A stretch of DNA of 50,557 nt from Candidatus Woesearchaeota archaeon (GCA_018303265.1 JAGVYN010000012.1:1-50557); one strand, 5' to 3'; positions 18,895 to 29,502 are shown, counted from the stretch's first letter. Numbers and translations are program-made. Notes: generated from the letters alone by a model not told the origin.

Positions 18895-20283
18895 ATGGCC
18901 TTCCTCGACAAACTGTTGGGTGTTCTTCCGGAAGTTAAAGGTCCTCAACAAAAAAAACTTCCTTTTAAAGAAAAATTAAAATGGACACTTATTACTCTTG
19001 TTCTTTTTTACATAATGGGTCTTGTTCCTTTATTTGGGCTTGGAGAAAATGCCCTGCAGCAATTTGAATTTCTGTCAATCATTTTAGGAGCGTCTTTTGG
19101 CTCAATTATCAGTTTAGGAATAGGCCCTCTTGTTACGGCATCCATCGTCCTGCAATTGTTGTCAGGAACGGGGATCTTAAAAATGAATTTAACAACAACT
19201 GAAGGGCGTCAGCGATTTCAGGGGCTCCAAAAACTATTGGCCATTTTCTTCATTATCTTTGAAGGATCTATCTACGTATTCATGGGCGGATTAGCTCCCA
19301 GCGCGTCCCTTGCCGGGACACCAATGTATGTGCAATTGGAAATGTTATTAGTTTTCCAGTTAATTCTTGGTGGGATTGTGATTATGTTCATGGACGAAGT
19401 TGTCAGTAAATGGGGGTTTGGTTCTGGGATCAGTTTGTTTATTGCCGCTGGAGTTGCCCAGCAAATCTTTATCAGAGCTTTCAACTTTTTACCATCTCCG
19501 ACAAATCCGGACATTGCTGCAGGCGCTGTACCGGCACTATTTCAATCGTTATCCATAGGTGATATTACCACGGCGGGCTTGCAGTTAGCTGCGCTTATCT
19601 CTACTGTTCTCGTTTTTGCAATCTGTGTTTATGGCCAGGCATTAAAAGTAGAAATTCCTTTATCGTTTGGGAAAGTGCGCGGTTACGGCATGCGCTGGCC
19701 GTTGAATTTCTTTTACACATCAAACATACCAGTAATCTTAGTTGCCGCGTTGATGGCCAATATTCAACTTTTTGCAGGTTTATTAGCTCGCTGGGGGCAT
19801 CCTATTTTGGGGACATTTTCAGGTAATTCGCCTGTGAGTGGTATTGTCTACTGGATCAGTCCGCCAAACATTGTGCAAAGTGTTATTACTGGAAGTTTTA
19901 CCGGTACGATGATCATTCAGGCGCTTCTATACATATTCTTGTTTATTGTTGGTTCCGTAATCTTTAGCATCTTTTGGATGCAGACGGCAAATATGGACGC
20001 AGGAAGTCAAGCCAGGCAGATTATGGCTTCCGGTCTGCAGATTCCCGGGTTTCGAAGGGATGAACGGGTGCTAGAGAAAATTTTAGGAAGGTATATCTGG
20101 CCGTTGACAATTGTGGGTGGCGCTTCTGTAGGATTGTTAGCTGCGGTTGCGGATTTGACGGGTGCGCTTTCCAATGGCACGAGCATCTTGTTGACAGTTA
20201 TGATTGTCTACAAATTGTATGAAGAAATTGCCAAGCAGCATATGATGGACATGCATCCGGCAATGCGTAAGTTTATGGAATAA
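18895..20283 (+). CDS. secY: Preprotein translocase subunit SecY
   Basis: LGIGPLVTASI, GFGSGISLFI, FYTSNIP, IPGFR; multiple TM segments. Confidence 0.98.
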   Translation: MAFLDKLLGVLPEVKGPQQKKLPFKEKLKWTLITLVLFYIMGLVPLFGLGENALQQFEFLSIILGASFGSIISLGIGPLVTASIVLQLLSGTGILKMNLTTTEGRQRFQGLQKLLAIFFIIFEGSIYVFMGGLAPSASLAGTPMYVQLEMLLVFQLILGGIVIMFMDEVVSKWGFGSGISLFIAAGVAQQIFIRAFNFLPSPTNPDIAAGAVPALFQSLSIGDITTAGLQLAALISTVLVFAICVYGQALKVEIPLSFGKVRGYGMRWPLNFFYTSNIPVILVAALMANIQLFAGLLARWGHPILGTFSGNSPVSGIVYWISPPNIVQSVITGSFTGTMIIQALLYIFLFIVGSVIFSIFWMQTANMDAGSQARQIMASGLQIPGFRRDERVLEKILGRYIWPLTIVGGASVGLLAAVADLTGALSNGTSILLTVMIVYKLYEEIAKQHMMDMHPAMRKFME

Positions 20284-20330
20284 AATTGAGACCAAAATTT
20301 TATAAATGGTTCATTTAAACTAAGTATACA

Positions 20331-21095
20331 ATGGCTTTTTTAGATCCGGCATTAAATCCAGTACTGCAACCTTTGCTAAATTGGAGTCCGTTCTTGGGAA
20401 TTCTTGTTCTCGCTCTTATCCTTTCGTTTTTGGTTACCATTATTTACAAATATTTTACAAACCAAGAAGAAATGAAAAGACTGAAGGAACAGCAGAAAGA
20501 GTATCAGAAGCAAATAAAGTCTTTGAAAGATAAGCCTGATGAAATGATGAAAGTGCAGAAAGAAGCGATGAAAATAAGCGGCACATTAATGAAACAATCG
20601 TTTAAACCTACGTTAATTACCATGTTGCCGATGTTACTTATCTTTGGCTGGATGTCTTCTCACTTAACCTATGAACCCATTTACCCTAGCGAAACGTATG
20701 GCATTACCGCTGTTTTTGAAAAAGGTGTTACAGGAGATGCAGAATTAGTTGTGAGCGAGGGAACAGAATTACTCAGCGATGCGATCCAAATGATTAATAG
20801 CGAAGAAGTGACATGGCGTTTGAAAAGTTCTGCGGGAGACCATTTTTTGACGATTAAAACAGCGAATGACGAACAAACAAAAAAAGTGAGGATTACAGAA
20901 GATTTGCAATATGAAGAGCCTCTGGGAGTATATCCTAAAGGTGGGGATATTACTCGAATTCAGATTAATTATAATAAACTAAAGCCGCTTGGGAACACCT
21001 CTCTTCTGGGCTGGCAGCCGGGATGGTTAGGATTATATATTATATTCTCAATTCTATTTAGTATGATCTTGCGAAAAGCAATGAAGGTGTATTAG
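20331..21095 (+). CDS. EMC3/TMCO1 (DUF106, Oxa1-superfamily) membrane insertase
   Basis: TM1, coiled coil, KQSFKP..T..P, C-terminal GWLGLYI..S..R; conserved position after secY; TTTATAAA at 20299-20306. Confidence 0.88.
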   Translation: MAFLDPALNPVLQPLLNWSPFLGILVLALILSFLVTIIYKYFTNQEEMKRLKEQQKEYQKQIKSLKDKPDEMMKVQKEAMKISGTLMKQSFKPTLITMLPMLLIFGWMSSHLTYEPIYPSETYGITAVFEKGVTGDAELVVSEGTELLSDAIQMINSEEVTWRLKSSAGDHFLTIKTANDEQTKKVRITEDLQYEEPLGVYPKGGDITRIQINYNKLKPLGNTSLLGWQPGWLGLYIIFSILFSMILRKAMKVY

Positions 21096-21180
21096 TTATT
21101 AAATAGAGAAATGTATTAAATAGAGAATAAATGAACAGAGAAGGGAGAGATATAACAAAACACTTAAAAAATCCAAAACA

Positions 21181-21188
21181 TTTATAAA
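21181..21188 (+). promoter_or_regulatory. Archaeal TATA box upstream of the rpl34e leader
   Basis: TTTATAAA preceded by an A-rich BRE-like stretch. Confidence 0.5.
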
Positions 21189-21211
21189 AAAACTATCTCG
21201 TTATGCTAATA

Positions 21212-21280
21212 TCCTTCATGGAAGGAGAGATCTTGGAGGCAACTCAGATCAGCTTATTTCTGAGTGTGCTTCATTGATGA
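21212..21280 (+). ncRNA. Candidate structured leader or ncRNA (two hairpins)
   Basis: TCCTTC/GAAGGA and GAGGCA-ACTCAGA/TCTGAGT-G-TGCTTC inverted repeats in an otherwise A-rich spacer. Confidence 0.35.
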
Positions 21281-21353
21281 TATATTAAAAATATATTCAA
21301 AAATCAAATTGAAAGATAAGATCAAATAAAGATAAAGAGATTAAAAGATAACC

Positions 21354-21626
21354 ATGCCAGCAGGAAGATTAAAGTCCGGACGCTTACGAAAAGTGTTTGT
21401 AAAAACACCAGGGGGAAGAACAACTCTCCATTATAGACAGCGCAAGCCTTCGAAAGCGATATGTGCGTCATGCAAAAAACAATTGGCCGGCGTGCCAAGG
21501 GAACTTCCTTCGATAATGAGGAATTTGCCCAAAACCAAGAAACGGCCGGAACGGCCATACGGCGGCGTGTTGTGTTCAGCGTGCATGCGCTTGCTAATTC
21601 AGCAACAGGCGAGGGAAGATCAATGA
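21354..21626 (+). CDS. rpl34e: 50S ribosomal protein L34e (eL34)
   Basis: KTPGG, CASC, RPERPYGGVLCSAC. Confidence 0.96.
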   Translation: MPAGRLKSGRLRKVFVKTPGGRTTLHYRQRKPSKAICASCKKQLAGVPRELPSIMRNLPKTKKRPERPYGGVLCSACMRLLIQQQAREDQ

Positions 21627-22018
21627 GCATATTTTCTGTTGGTCGGATGTGCGTCAAACTTGCCGGAAGGGACGCGGGACGGAAATGTGTTGTCGTAGAG
21701 AAAATAGATGGCCAGTTTGTTGTTGTTGATGGTCATGTCCGAAGGAGAAAAGTAAATGTGAAGCATCTTGAGCCTCTCAATCAAATTCTCAATCTTAAGG
21801 AAAAAGCCACTTCTGCAGAAGTGAAAGCTGCTTTTGAGAAGATGGGATTAGCAGTGTGGGAAACAAAACAAAAAAAAACAGCACCACGCCCGTCAAAGCA
21901 AAAGAAAGGAAAAAAGGAAACAGAAAGAATACCTGAAAAAGCAATATCTGGGAAAACAGAAACGAAGGAAACGAAAAAGAAAGCTCCTCAGAAAACAAAA
22001 GAAGAAAAGAACGACTAA
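21623..22018 (+). CDS. rpl14e: 50S ribosomal protein L14e (eL14)
   Basis: VGRMCVKLAGRDAG, RRRKVNVKHLEP; start reassigned to ATG 21623 (ATGA overlap with rpl34e). Confidence 0.93.
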   Translation: MSIFSVGRMCVKLAGRDAGRKCVVVEKIDGQFVVVDGHVRRRKVNVKHLEPLNQILNLKEKATSAEVKAAFEKMGLAVWETKQKKTAPRPSKQKKGKKETERIPEKAISGKTETKETKKKAPQKTKEEKND

Positions 22019-22065
22019 TTTATTACATTCAAATTTATGATGTTATTTCAATAAGATTTCTTATG

Positions 22066-23703
22066 TCAGTTCATTAATTTTTCTACATCTACTTCCATCC
22101 CCACAACCGGCATGGTAATGCCCCACTTCTCCAGAATCTGCGGATGGATCTCTCCGATAACGCCAATCTCTTTACTTTCTACGATGATCTTTCCAACCCT
22201 TCCAGCCAGGAAACTGGGATCACTTGATTCTTTTACGGAACATATCAACCCCAGAGAACGCATAAAACCATCCAGAATTTGTCGTATCTCGGTAAAATCT
22301 GTTTTCTCATGGCATAATATAACTCCCAGATGTTCTTTTTCTTCAATACCCGTTTCCATTTTTACATTCTTATGGAAAATCCGGCCAAGTTCAAAGATGT
22401 TCTGCGGATATTCATTATGCTGGTTCTCGGAAACAGTTTTTAATAAGCTTGGGAGGAGAGAATTGCGTAAATGGTCATGATCCCCCACTGAATTTTTGAG
22501 AGAGACTGGTTCCTCATTTTTATTCATCTTATCTACTAAACATTCTCTCATCAATAAATGATAATTCTGTACTTCTAGCAACGTAAACCCCACTAGGATC
22601 TCACGAATTTTTCGAGAGAATATCTCCAGGGGAGCTTCCTGCCCAATCGTTGCCACTTCTGGAATTTCTTCAGGGAAATGTTCATACCCGTAGGCAATGG
22701 CAATATCTTCAACAAGATCGGTCTGGTGAAGAATATCTGCGCGATAGGCTGGTATAAGAACAATTCCTTGCTCGTATCCAAAACCCATTTTTTGTAACAA
22801 ACTTGCAATCTCTTTTTCAGATAACATTAACCCTAGCATTTTGTTGACGTACTTAGGATCTAATCTCATTGAAGAGGGGGTTAAATTTGGTGTTTTTTTG
22901 GTTTCTTTCCCATAGCTTAATTCAACAGCATAGATGTTGCCCCCCATGTCCGCTAAGGCAGTAACAATGATGTTCAAACAGGTGCTTAATGTTGGAAAAT
23001 CAAACCCAGAGCATTCGATGAACAAATCTTTTGTCTGCGCTGTTACTCTCCCGACATTCTCTGAATTAATGATGGGCGGCATGCTCAGGATTTCTTTTTG
23101 TGCATCAATGAAGAAAGGGTATTTCTCATAACTTTGCAATAAGTGAGCGAATTCTTTTCCCGTTTTATGACTGGTAAGAATTTCCTTTCCAGTCATCTTT
23201 TTCTCTCCATCTAAAGGTTGGAAAACAATTTTCTCTGGCAAATCCGCTTTGTAGGTGATGGGAAACGTAATTTTTTCCAGTGGATACACGCCAATCGCAC
23301 ATTTTTTTCTATTGCGGCCGTATGTGCCGTGCAGCTTTTCCTGGATTTGGATAATTTCTCTGATCCGTTCTTCATCTAATTCCACATTTTTAACAACCGC
23401 ACAGGCCGTGTAAGGACGAACTTGTTGTACAGAAGCATCGATAAGAACTTTGTATTGGCTGGCTTGGATATTATATTTACGCAGCCCTGTGTTCACACCA
23501 ATAAATGAGCTGAATGCTCTGGCAAAACCTTGCTCTGATAACATATCGGGGCGATTGGGAAAAATTTCCACGTGAATTTCGTTTCCTTCAATCTTTTCCA
23601 AATCCGTGCCCAGCATACTGATGCGGTCTTTCAACTGTTCGAAAGAAAGTTTTTTTCCTACTAATCTTTCAAAAATATCTTTGTTTAGGGTTACCGTTGG
23701 CAT
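22066..23703 (-). CDS. pheT: Phenylalanine-tRNA ligase beta subunit
   Basis: PNRPDML, QEKLH...RNR, SMPPIINS, YRADILH..DLVEDIAIAYGY. Confidence 0.97.
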   Translation of the reverse strand: MPTVTLNKDIFERLVGKKLSFEQLKDRISMLGTDLEKIEGNEIHVEIFPNRPDMLSEQGFARAFSSFIGVNTGLRKYNIQASQYKVLIDASVQQVRPYTACAVVKNVELDEERIREIIQIQEKLHGTYGRNRKKCAIGVYPLEKITFPITYKADLPEKIVFQPLDGEKKMTGKEILTSHKTGKEFAHLLQSYEKYPFFIDAQKEILSMPPIINSENVGRVTAQTKDLFIECSGFDFPTLSTCLNIIVTALADMGGNIYAVELSYGKETKKTPNLTPSSMRLDPKYVNKMLGLMLSEKEIASLLQKMGFGYEQGIVLIPAYRADILHQTDLVEDIAIAYGYEHFPEEIPEVATIGQEAPLEIFSRKIREILVGFTLLEVQNYHLLMRECLVDKMNKNEEPVSLKNSVGDHDHLRNSLLPSLLKTVSENQHNEYPQNIFELGRIFHKNVKMETGIEEKEHLGVILCHEKTDFTEIRQILDGFMRSLGLICSVKESSDPSFLAGRVGKIIVESKEIGVIGEIHPQILEKWGITMPVVGMEVDVEKLMN

Positions 23704-23704
23704 T

Positions 23705-24376
23705 TCAAATCCCCGCTCCTGAAAATAGAGTGAAAAAGAAGAGTAAAAAGAAGATGAATGCCAGCGAACCGAAAATTACGATCGGCAGCAGTACCACAGC
23801 CACACTTTTCCCTATTTCTAATTTTTGTCTTTTATGAATGCCAATAATCTGCAGGACCATAATATAAATGAAAACCAGCCAGCCCACGATAGGAATGACT
23901 GAAAAGAGAATAGGAGCATTGGCGTAACTCGCAGCTTTGAACGTTTCTACATATTTTTGTTTTCCGCCAAAGAAGAGAACAAAGAGATGGAGCATTCCTG
24001 TTCCCAGGAAAAGCATCCCGAAAGAGAATAATAATACCAAAGGAAACAGTAACAACAGTAAGATGAAAATCATTCCAGCTCCAATACTTCCGAAAAGTGC
24101 CGTGAACGGTCCGCCTCCCAAGAGGCTTAAAAAAGAAAGGAAAGATCCCAGAACAATAAAAAGGAAAAAAAATACGATAATCTGCGTTACGGCCTGAATT
24201 TTGATGAAAAAGAGCGACGGTTCTTTGTATCTCATCTGATCTGAAAGTTTTGCATAAAACTGCATCGGGCTAAACATGACTTCTTTCCATGTTTTGAATA
24301 ATCCTCTTCCGGGAACATCGTCATGTTTTTGGTCTGTATTTTTTTTCGTAAGTTGTTTCATAATTTGTTTTTTCAT
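23705..24376 (-). CDS. YIP1-family membrane protein
   Basis: V.FSP..FY, HLFVLFFGGK..Y.ETFK..SY, IPIVG; about 5 TM segments. Confidence 0.8.
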   Translation of the reverse strand: MKKQIMKQLTKKNTDQKHDDVPGRGLFKTWKEVMFSPMQFYAKLSDQMRYKEPSLFFIKIQAVTQIIVFFFLFIVLGSFLSFLSLLGGGPFTALFGSIGAGMIFILLLLLFPLVLLFSFGMLFLGTGMLHLFVLFFGGKQKYVETFKAASYANAPILFSVIPIVGWLVFIYIMVLQIIGIHKRQKLEIGKSVAVVLLPIVIFGSLAFIFFLLFFFTLFSGAGI

Positions 24377-24454
24377 TTGTTTAATACCCCTCCGCTTGCG
24401 GGATTGGTTTTTTCGTTTGTTTTATCATGTATCTTGTGTTTTATGAAGAGTAGT

Positions 24455-25987
24455 TTACTTCAACCACGCTTTCATTTCTCGAATCTGTTTTAGATCGTTT
24501 TTATACAAGTCACGGATATCTGTAATTTTCCAATATTCAGTGATAATACGGGCCATTCCTTGTCCCCAGGCAAGCACAGGGCAATCAAACCCCAACAAGG
24601 GCTGGACGACTTCCGGTCGAAAAATACCAGCTCCCCCTAATTCCACCCATTCTTTTTTGACGGGATGAAAGACATCTACTTCCAGTGACGGGGAAGTATA
24701 CGGAAAATATCCCGGGCGCATCCTCACATCAGGAAACCCCATCTTTTTATAAAATTCACGAAGGTAGCCTTTCAAATGCTGCAAATTTGCCTGTGGGTCA
24801 ATGACAATTCCTTCCACTTGGTAAAACTCAAAAAGGTGCTTCCAATCCAATGCTTCATTGCGGAACACCTTACCTACAGCAAAAAACTTTGCCGGCAAAT
24901 CTTCTTTCTTTAGTTTGGCAATAGTCTGCGCAGAAAGAACAGTGGTATGTGTGCGTAATAAAATTTGTTCCGCTTCTTTTTGAGAAAAAACATATCCCCA
25001 CCCTTTACTTCCCGTGGTTCCACCTGCCTCGTGCACTTCTTTCACTTTTTTCCATACGTCAGGAAGCTTTGCCTTTCCGTCGAGATAAAACGTATCCTGC
25101 ATTTCCCGTGCAGGATGATCTTGTGGGACAAAGAGCGCATCTAAATCCCAGAACGCGGATTGCACAAAATTACCTGTCATTTCTTGGAAACCCATATCCA
25201 GCCATATCCGTTTAATGTATTCTACAGCTTCATTCGTGAAATGTTTTTTCCCGCCATACGTTTTAGGCACGTTTATTTCCACGTCATACGCCCTAAATTG
25301 TTTCTCTTTCCATGAACCACTTTTAAGCATGCCGGCAGTAATTCTATTAACTACCTCACCTCCAAGATCCATGGCCGCAAACTTTTTTCCTCCTTCAGTG
25401 AGTGTAACTGTTACTGTTTTCTGTTCTTCAATATTGAGAAGATTTTTCCTTTTTTGTAATTCTTCAAAAGCAAGTTTTATTTTTACATCTTTAATCTCAT
25501 CAAGAAGGAGAGGGAAAGAGAGATTAAGGAATTGTTCTTCCGGTGTTTGTTCTGCCAATGACTTTTTTCCTTTCTCGGTTATTTTTACAGAAACCCCTTC
25601 TTCTTTCTTGATTTCAATAGACCCTTTGCTTTTCAATAAACCAAGACAGGCATTTACTTCTTCCCGGGAAAGTTTCGCTTTCTTGGTGATAATATTAAGA
25701 CCTTTAAAACTGTCAGTGAGAGCTTTCAAGAATTTTTTTTCCGGCAGTCCTTCTTTTTGATAACGGCTGCCATTTTGATCTAAAGAAATTACTTTTTTCT
25801 TTTCTGTGTTGATAGTAATAATTCCTTTATTCTCAAGCCATTGCAAGGCTCGCATCACCTCAATCTCTTGCATCTTGGCAGTTTTGCTGATGGCCGAAAG
25901 TTCATTTTGTTGTTTTAAGAGGGGAAGAACGATCCGTTCATACGGATGAAGTTTGGTCGCAATAGCCGCAACGTTTTGGAGATCCAT
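24455..25987 (-). CDS. pheS: Phenylalanine-tRNA ligase alpha subunit
   Basis: PQDHPAREMQDTF, LRTHTT, FRNE, YFPYTSPS, GAGIFRPE. Confidence 0.97.
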   Translation of the reverse strand: MDLQNVAAIATKLHPYERIVLPLLKQQNELSAISKTAKMQEIEVMRALQWLENKGIITINTEKKKVISLDQNGSRYQKEGLPEKKFLKALTDSFKGLNIITKKAKLSREEVNACLGLLKSKGSIEIKKEEGVSVKITEKGKKSLAEQTPEEQFLNLSFPLLLDEIKDVKIKLAFEELQKRKNLLNIEEQKTVTVTLTEGGKKFAAMDLGGEVVNRITAGMLKSGSWKEKQFRAYDVEINVPKTYGGKKHFTNEAVEYIKRIWLDMGFQEMTGNFVQSAFWDLDALFVPQDHPAREMQDTFYLDGKAKLPDVWKKVKEVHEAGGTTGSKGWGYVFSQKEAEQILLRTHTTVLSAQTIAKLKKEDLPAKFFAVGKVFRNEALDWKHLFEFYQVEGIVIDPQANLQHLKGYLREFYKKMGFPDVRMRPGYFPYTSPSLEVDVFHPVKKEWVELGGAGIFRPEVVQPLLGFDCPVLAWGQGMARIITEYWKITDIRDLYKNDLKQIREMKAWLK

Positions 25988-26172
25988 CTGTTTTCAGAAT
26001 GGGATGATATTTATAAAAGTAACCTTATGAAGAAGAGAAATATCAACCTTCCTCAAAACTCAACAATTATTAACCTCAAAATAAAAAACATAAAACAAAT
26101 TAGAATATCCTCAATTAACATAAAAAAAATATAAGAAAAAGAAGATATAAACTAAATACTTAAATTACTTAC

Positions 26173-26967
26173 CTACTTCTCTTTCCACATTGAATCAAAA
26201 AGGTAATCCATTGCTTTGGTGAAATAAGGTGTTTTCACCCAAACACCAAGATCATAGGAAGGATGCACCTCTTTGTCGTCAAGAGTCATAAACATCATGT
26301 CTTTATTGTCTACGGTCATAAACCGAGACTTTAACTTTTCGTGATGCTTAATTTCTGCAATGGCTTTGAGGCTGTCAGCAACGATCTTGTTTTCTTTGGT
26401 AAGCGGCGCTGCAATCCGTATGCGCACTCCTCTCTTTTTGGCGTTTTCCAAGCTTTGTCGCAGTCCTTCTGCTTTTCGCATGAATCCTTTATCGGAAGTT
26501 ACGATATTAATATTTTTCTTAGCATCTTTAATAAGCAAGTCCATATGGTTGTATAGATTATTTCTTCCACGAAGACATCCGCTCATCTCTGAAGGATCAA
26601 CAAGGGTAATCCCTTGCGTATGCAGGGTTTCTAATTCGATAAGAAGAGGAGAACCTTTAACTCCCTCTAATCTTTTTATTTTTTCTTGCGCAGTTACATG
26701 CATATTTTTCTTAACCCTGTCTACGACTTCATTGGGCGGGATGGCGATGTATTTGATTGGTTTTCCCAATTTCATGATTACGAACCCTTTCTTTTCCAAA
26801 GATTCGAGAACATCATAACTTCGAGAACGAGGGACATCAGCAATGTCTGACAATTCGCCAGCAGTGGAAACACCTCTGCTTAGAAGCGCTGTCCATAACT
26901 TAACTTCGTATAAATTTAAATCAAAATACCGGCGCAATTTGCTTAATAATTCATCTTTCACAATCAT
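26173..26967 (-). CDS. TrmB-family transcriptional regulator/chromatin protein
   Basis: LNLYEVK, VPRSRSYDVLESLEKKGF, GKPIKY; C-terminal PLD-like domain. Confidence 0.9.
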   Translation of the reverse strand: MIVKDELLSKLRRYFDLNLYEVKLWTALLSRGVSTAGELSDIADVPRSRSYDVLESLEKKGFVIMKLGKPIKYIAIPPNEVVDRVKKNMHVTAQEKIKRLEGVKGSPLLIELETLHTQGITLVDPSEMSGCLRGRNNLYNHMDLLIKDAKKNINIVTSDKGFMRKAEGLRQSLENAKKRGVRIRIAAPLTKENKIVADSLKAIAEIKHHEKLKSRFMTVDNKDMMFMTLDDKEVHPSYDLGVWVKTPYFTKAMDYLFDSMWKEK

Positions 26968-27147
26968 TTTTCAAAACCCCCTCTTTTTAATTTTTGGAAA
27001 AAAACATCTTTTTGTTACTACGTCATCAGTAAATGGAACTACTATTAAAAGGTTATGGTTTTGCAAAATATACACGGTTGTTATCGACGCACGTCATTAA
27101 CTTCATACTGTTGCATAAACCTTCGCGCTTTGATGCAATATCATTTC

Positions 27148-28200
27148 TCATTCAATCTTATATCTCACAACAGCTGCTATCCCGCCTAACCCGTCAACTA
27201 TTTTTCCGCTTTCCAGAGCAGAGTTCAGTATATGGATCTCTCCTTGCAAATGATCGACTTTTTTCATGGCTTCGTCTATTGCTTGATAGTTCCCTTTTTC
27301 TCTCTGTTGTTGGATGTATTTATCTGTAATTAAAAGGATCCTTACGGCGCCAGCGGTGATAGATTTCATAACTTGTTCTTTGCCGTACACCGCAAGCTGA
27401 TTTTTGTTAATTTCTTGCAGCAGATCGTCAACGAACAATTGTTCTTCCCTGGCCCGGCTGGTTTTAAGCACGTGCGCCAATTCCGGCCTTTTGAACACTT
27501 CGTCGATGGCGCGTTCATCGACACTGGAGCTGGTCGCGAGAACAATCTTCTTCTTGATATCCCCGCTGGTTATTTTTTTGACAAGATCTTCTTTATAGAA
27601 AGCCGGGGAAGCAATGATGATGCGCTCCGGGTTATATCGTCCGTTATAAATATCGATTGCTTTAATAATCTCTTGATAAAAATCTTTAAGCACGTCTACA
27701 TTTCGGAATTTTTTGGCAACCTCTCCTGTAATTTTTACAAGTATTTCATACCCGAACTTTTTCGTGAGGGCAAAGATCGCTTCCTCGCGATCGCATAAAC
27801 ACAAAAGGTAGTTATATTTTTTTTCTGCTGCTTCTTCCAATTTTTTTTTTTGATATGCTAACCACTGCACTTTCTCCAGTGCAAATTCACTTCCTTCTTC
27901 CAGCGTGATCGTATGATAACTTCCTTTTGGAACATCTTCTGGTCCTTCTTTTACTTTTCCATTGACACGTAACGTAGTTCCTGCAGAGCCCAATTCAATT
28001 GTTTCTGCTTCTATGCTAAGAGTCAACGTTTTTTTTGTGACTGTGGCATTATCTCCTTCCCCTATCTTTATTTTTCTCGTTGTCTTTCCTCGTACCAAAT
28101 CTCCAGGATCAATAAGATGGCTGAGATACCACAGATCATCAAGATCGTTAATTTTGAGTTTAACAAATCCCTTTTTGAAATCTCGAGTAAGAATGTCCAT
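27148..28200 (-). CDS. pelA: mRNA surveillance protein pelota
   Basis: DDLWYLS, LRVNG, GSYHTI, ASPAF, GLGGIAA; start reassigned to MDILTRD, with a TATA box about 25 nt upstream. Confidence 0.95.
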   Translation of the reverse strand: MDILTRDFKKGFVKLKINDLDDLWYLSHLIDPGDLVRGKTTRKIKIGEGDNATVTKKTLTLSIEAETIELGSAGTTLRVNGKVKEGPEDVPKGSYHTITLEEGSEFALEKVQWLAYQKKKLEEAAEKKYNYLLCLCDREEAIFALTKKFGYEILVKITGEVAKKFRNVDVLKDFYQEIIKAIDIYNGRYNPERIIIASPAFYKEDLVKKITSGDIKKKIVLATSSSVDERAIDEVFKRPELAHVLKTSRAREEQLFVDDLLQEINKNQLAVYGKEQVMKSITAGAVRILLITDKYIQQQREKGNYQAIDEAMKKVDHLQGEIHILNSALESGKIVDGLGGIAAVVRYKIE

Positions 28201-28308
28201 TCCTGATATAAAATACACTCGTTTTATAAAAAGTTTGTTTTGTTCAAGAGAAATGATTAAATACTAGAAGAGAATCTTTTAAATACGATCTAATCAGAGG
28301 TATCAAAG

Positions 28309-29502
28309 ATGGAATGTTCAAAAAGAGGACAGGCAGCTGCTGGTGCAGCAGTCTTGATTGCAATCATCGCCGCATTACTCATCATGTTTGTTATTCTTAT
28401 CCCGCCTCAGGAACGGGCAAAGCTTCTGGGTGATGAAGAAGTCACAGCACCAGGAAAAAAAGTGGACACTGCAAAAATAGAAAAAACACTCTTGACGGAA
28501 AAGCCTGGCAGAATAGATTACCTAGCGCAAAAGGAAATTGAGCATCCTTTGCCGGTTGTGAATATTTATACCCGAACGGAGAGCAAAATTCTCGCGGAGA
28601 AAAATATTGCTTCTGCAAAAAAAGGGATTTTTTCTGAAGATGTCAGCGAGTTTCCTTTTGTTATTGCTGATCTCAAGAATACGGAGAATATGCTGCTTAG
28701 TTTTACCGTTAAGAGGGCAACGGGAAAGATGATTATTTCGTTAAATGGAGAAGAAATTTACAATAACATTGTATCTGTGGGGGCGGTGCAGCCTATCACG
28801 TTACCAAAGAATCTGCTGCAGGATCAAAACACTCTTACATTTTCCGTATCCTCTCCCGGCTTTGCTTTCTGGAGAACAAATGATCTTTCCTTAGAAAGTA
28901 TCAAAATAGTTGCTGATGTACAGAATGTTGAGGCGCAGTTCTCAAAAAATGTTTTCATTGTTTCTGAAACAGAACAGAAAAATGTGGAGAAAACGTCTTT
29001 AAAATTCCAGCCGGAATGCATGTATAGCGAAGTGGGAAAATTAACCATAACTATCAATGGGAATGAGATGTATAATGCCGTACCTGATTGTGAAGTAAAG
29101 ATGGTGCCTTTGGAGTTTTCTCCGTTGCTGCTACAGCTGGGTGAGAACGAACTGGTGTTCTCCACGGAAAAGGGAACCTATGTGTTATCGAGTGTTGTCG
29201 TAGAATCTGCCTTGCGGGAAGTAGATTTTCCTACGTATTATTTTGACCTTTCATTTGAACAGCATCAAGATATCAAGGATGGGAAATTCCGCGTTCGTGT
29301 AACGATGGACTTTGTGGATGTTGTTACGGCGAAAACGGGCGAAATTGTCTTTAACGGAAAAGTGAAGCATTTTGATACCAAGGAAGTTTCTTTTACAATT
29401 GATGTAAGTGATGATATTGTTCAGGGAAATAACGCTTTAAAAATCAAACCAAAGAAGACCATTGAAATTCGCGAGTTGCGTGTGGAATTGGTTAAAAAAT
29501 GA
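28309..29502 (+). CDS. Surface protein with a class III (pilin-like) signal peptide and three beta-rich repeats
   Basis: KRG|QAAAGAAVLIAII N-terminus; repeated I.(L/I/F)NG...N.L motifs. Confidence 0.75.
   Translation: MECSKRGQAAAGAAVLIAIIAALLIMFVILIPPQERAKLLGDEEVTAPGKKVDTAKIEKTLLTEKPGRIDYLAQKEIEHPLPVVNIYTRTESKILAEKNIASAKKGIFSEDVSEFPFVIADLKNTENMLLSFTVKRATGKMIISLNGEEIYNNIVSVGAVQPITLPKNLLQDQNTLTFSVSSPGFAFWRTNDLSLESIKIVADVQNVEAQFSKNVFIVSETEQKNVEKTSLKFQPECMYSEVGKLTITINGNEMYNAVPDCEVKMVPLEFSPLLLQLGENELVFSTEKGTYVLSSVVVESALREVDFPTYYFDLSFEQHQDIKDGKFRVRVTMDFVDVVTAKTGEIVFNGKVKHFDTKEVSFTIDVSDDIVQGNNALKIKPKKTIEIRELRVELVKK

Noticed and set aside
21218..21277. 19-codon ORF MEGEILEATQISLFLSVLH
   Set aside because: Too short to support; it coincides with hairpins that explain the sequence better
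21461..21622. N-terminal extension of rpl14e in the ORF track (similar cases at 41008, 46058, 49531)
   Set aside because: Overlaps the upstream gene; downstream ATGs match the family starts
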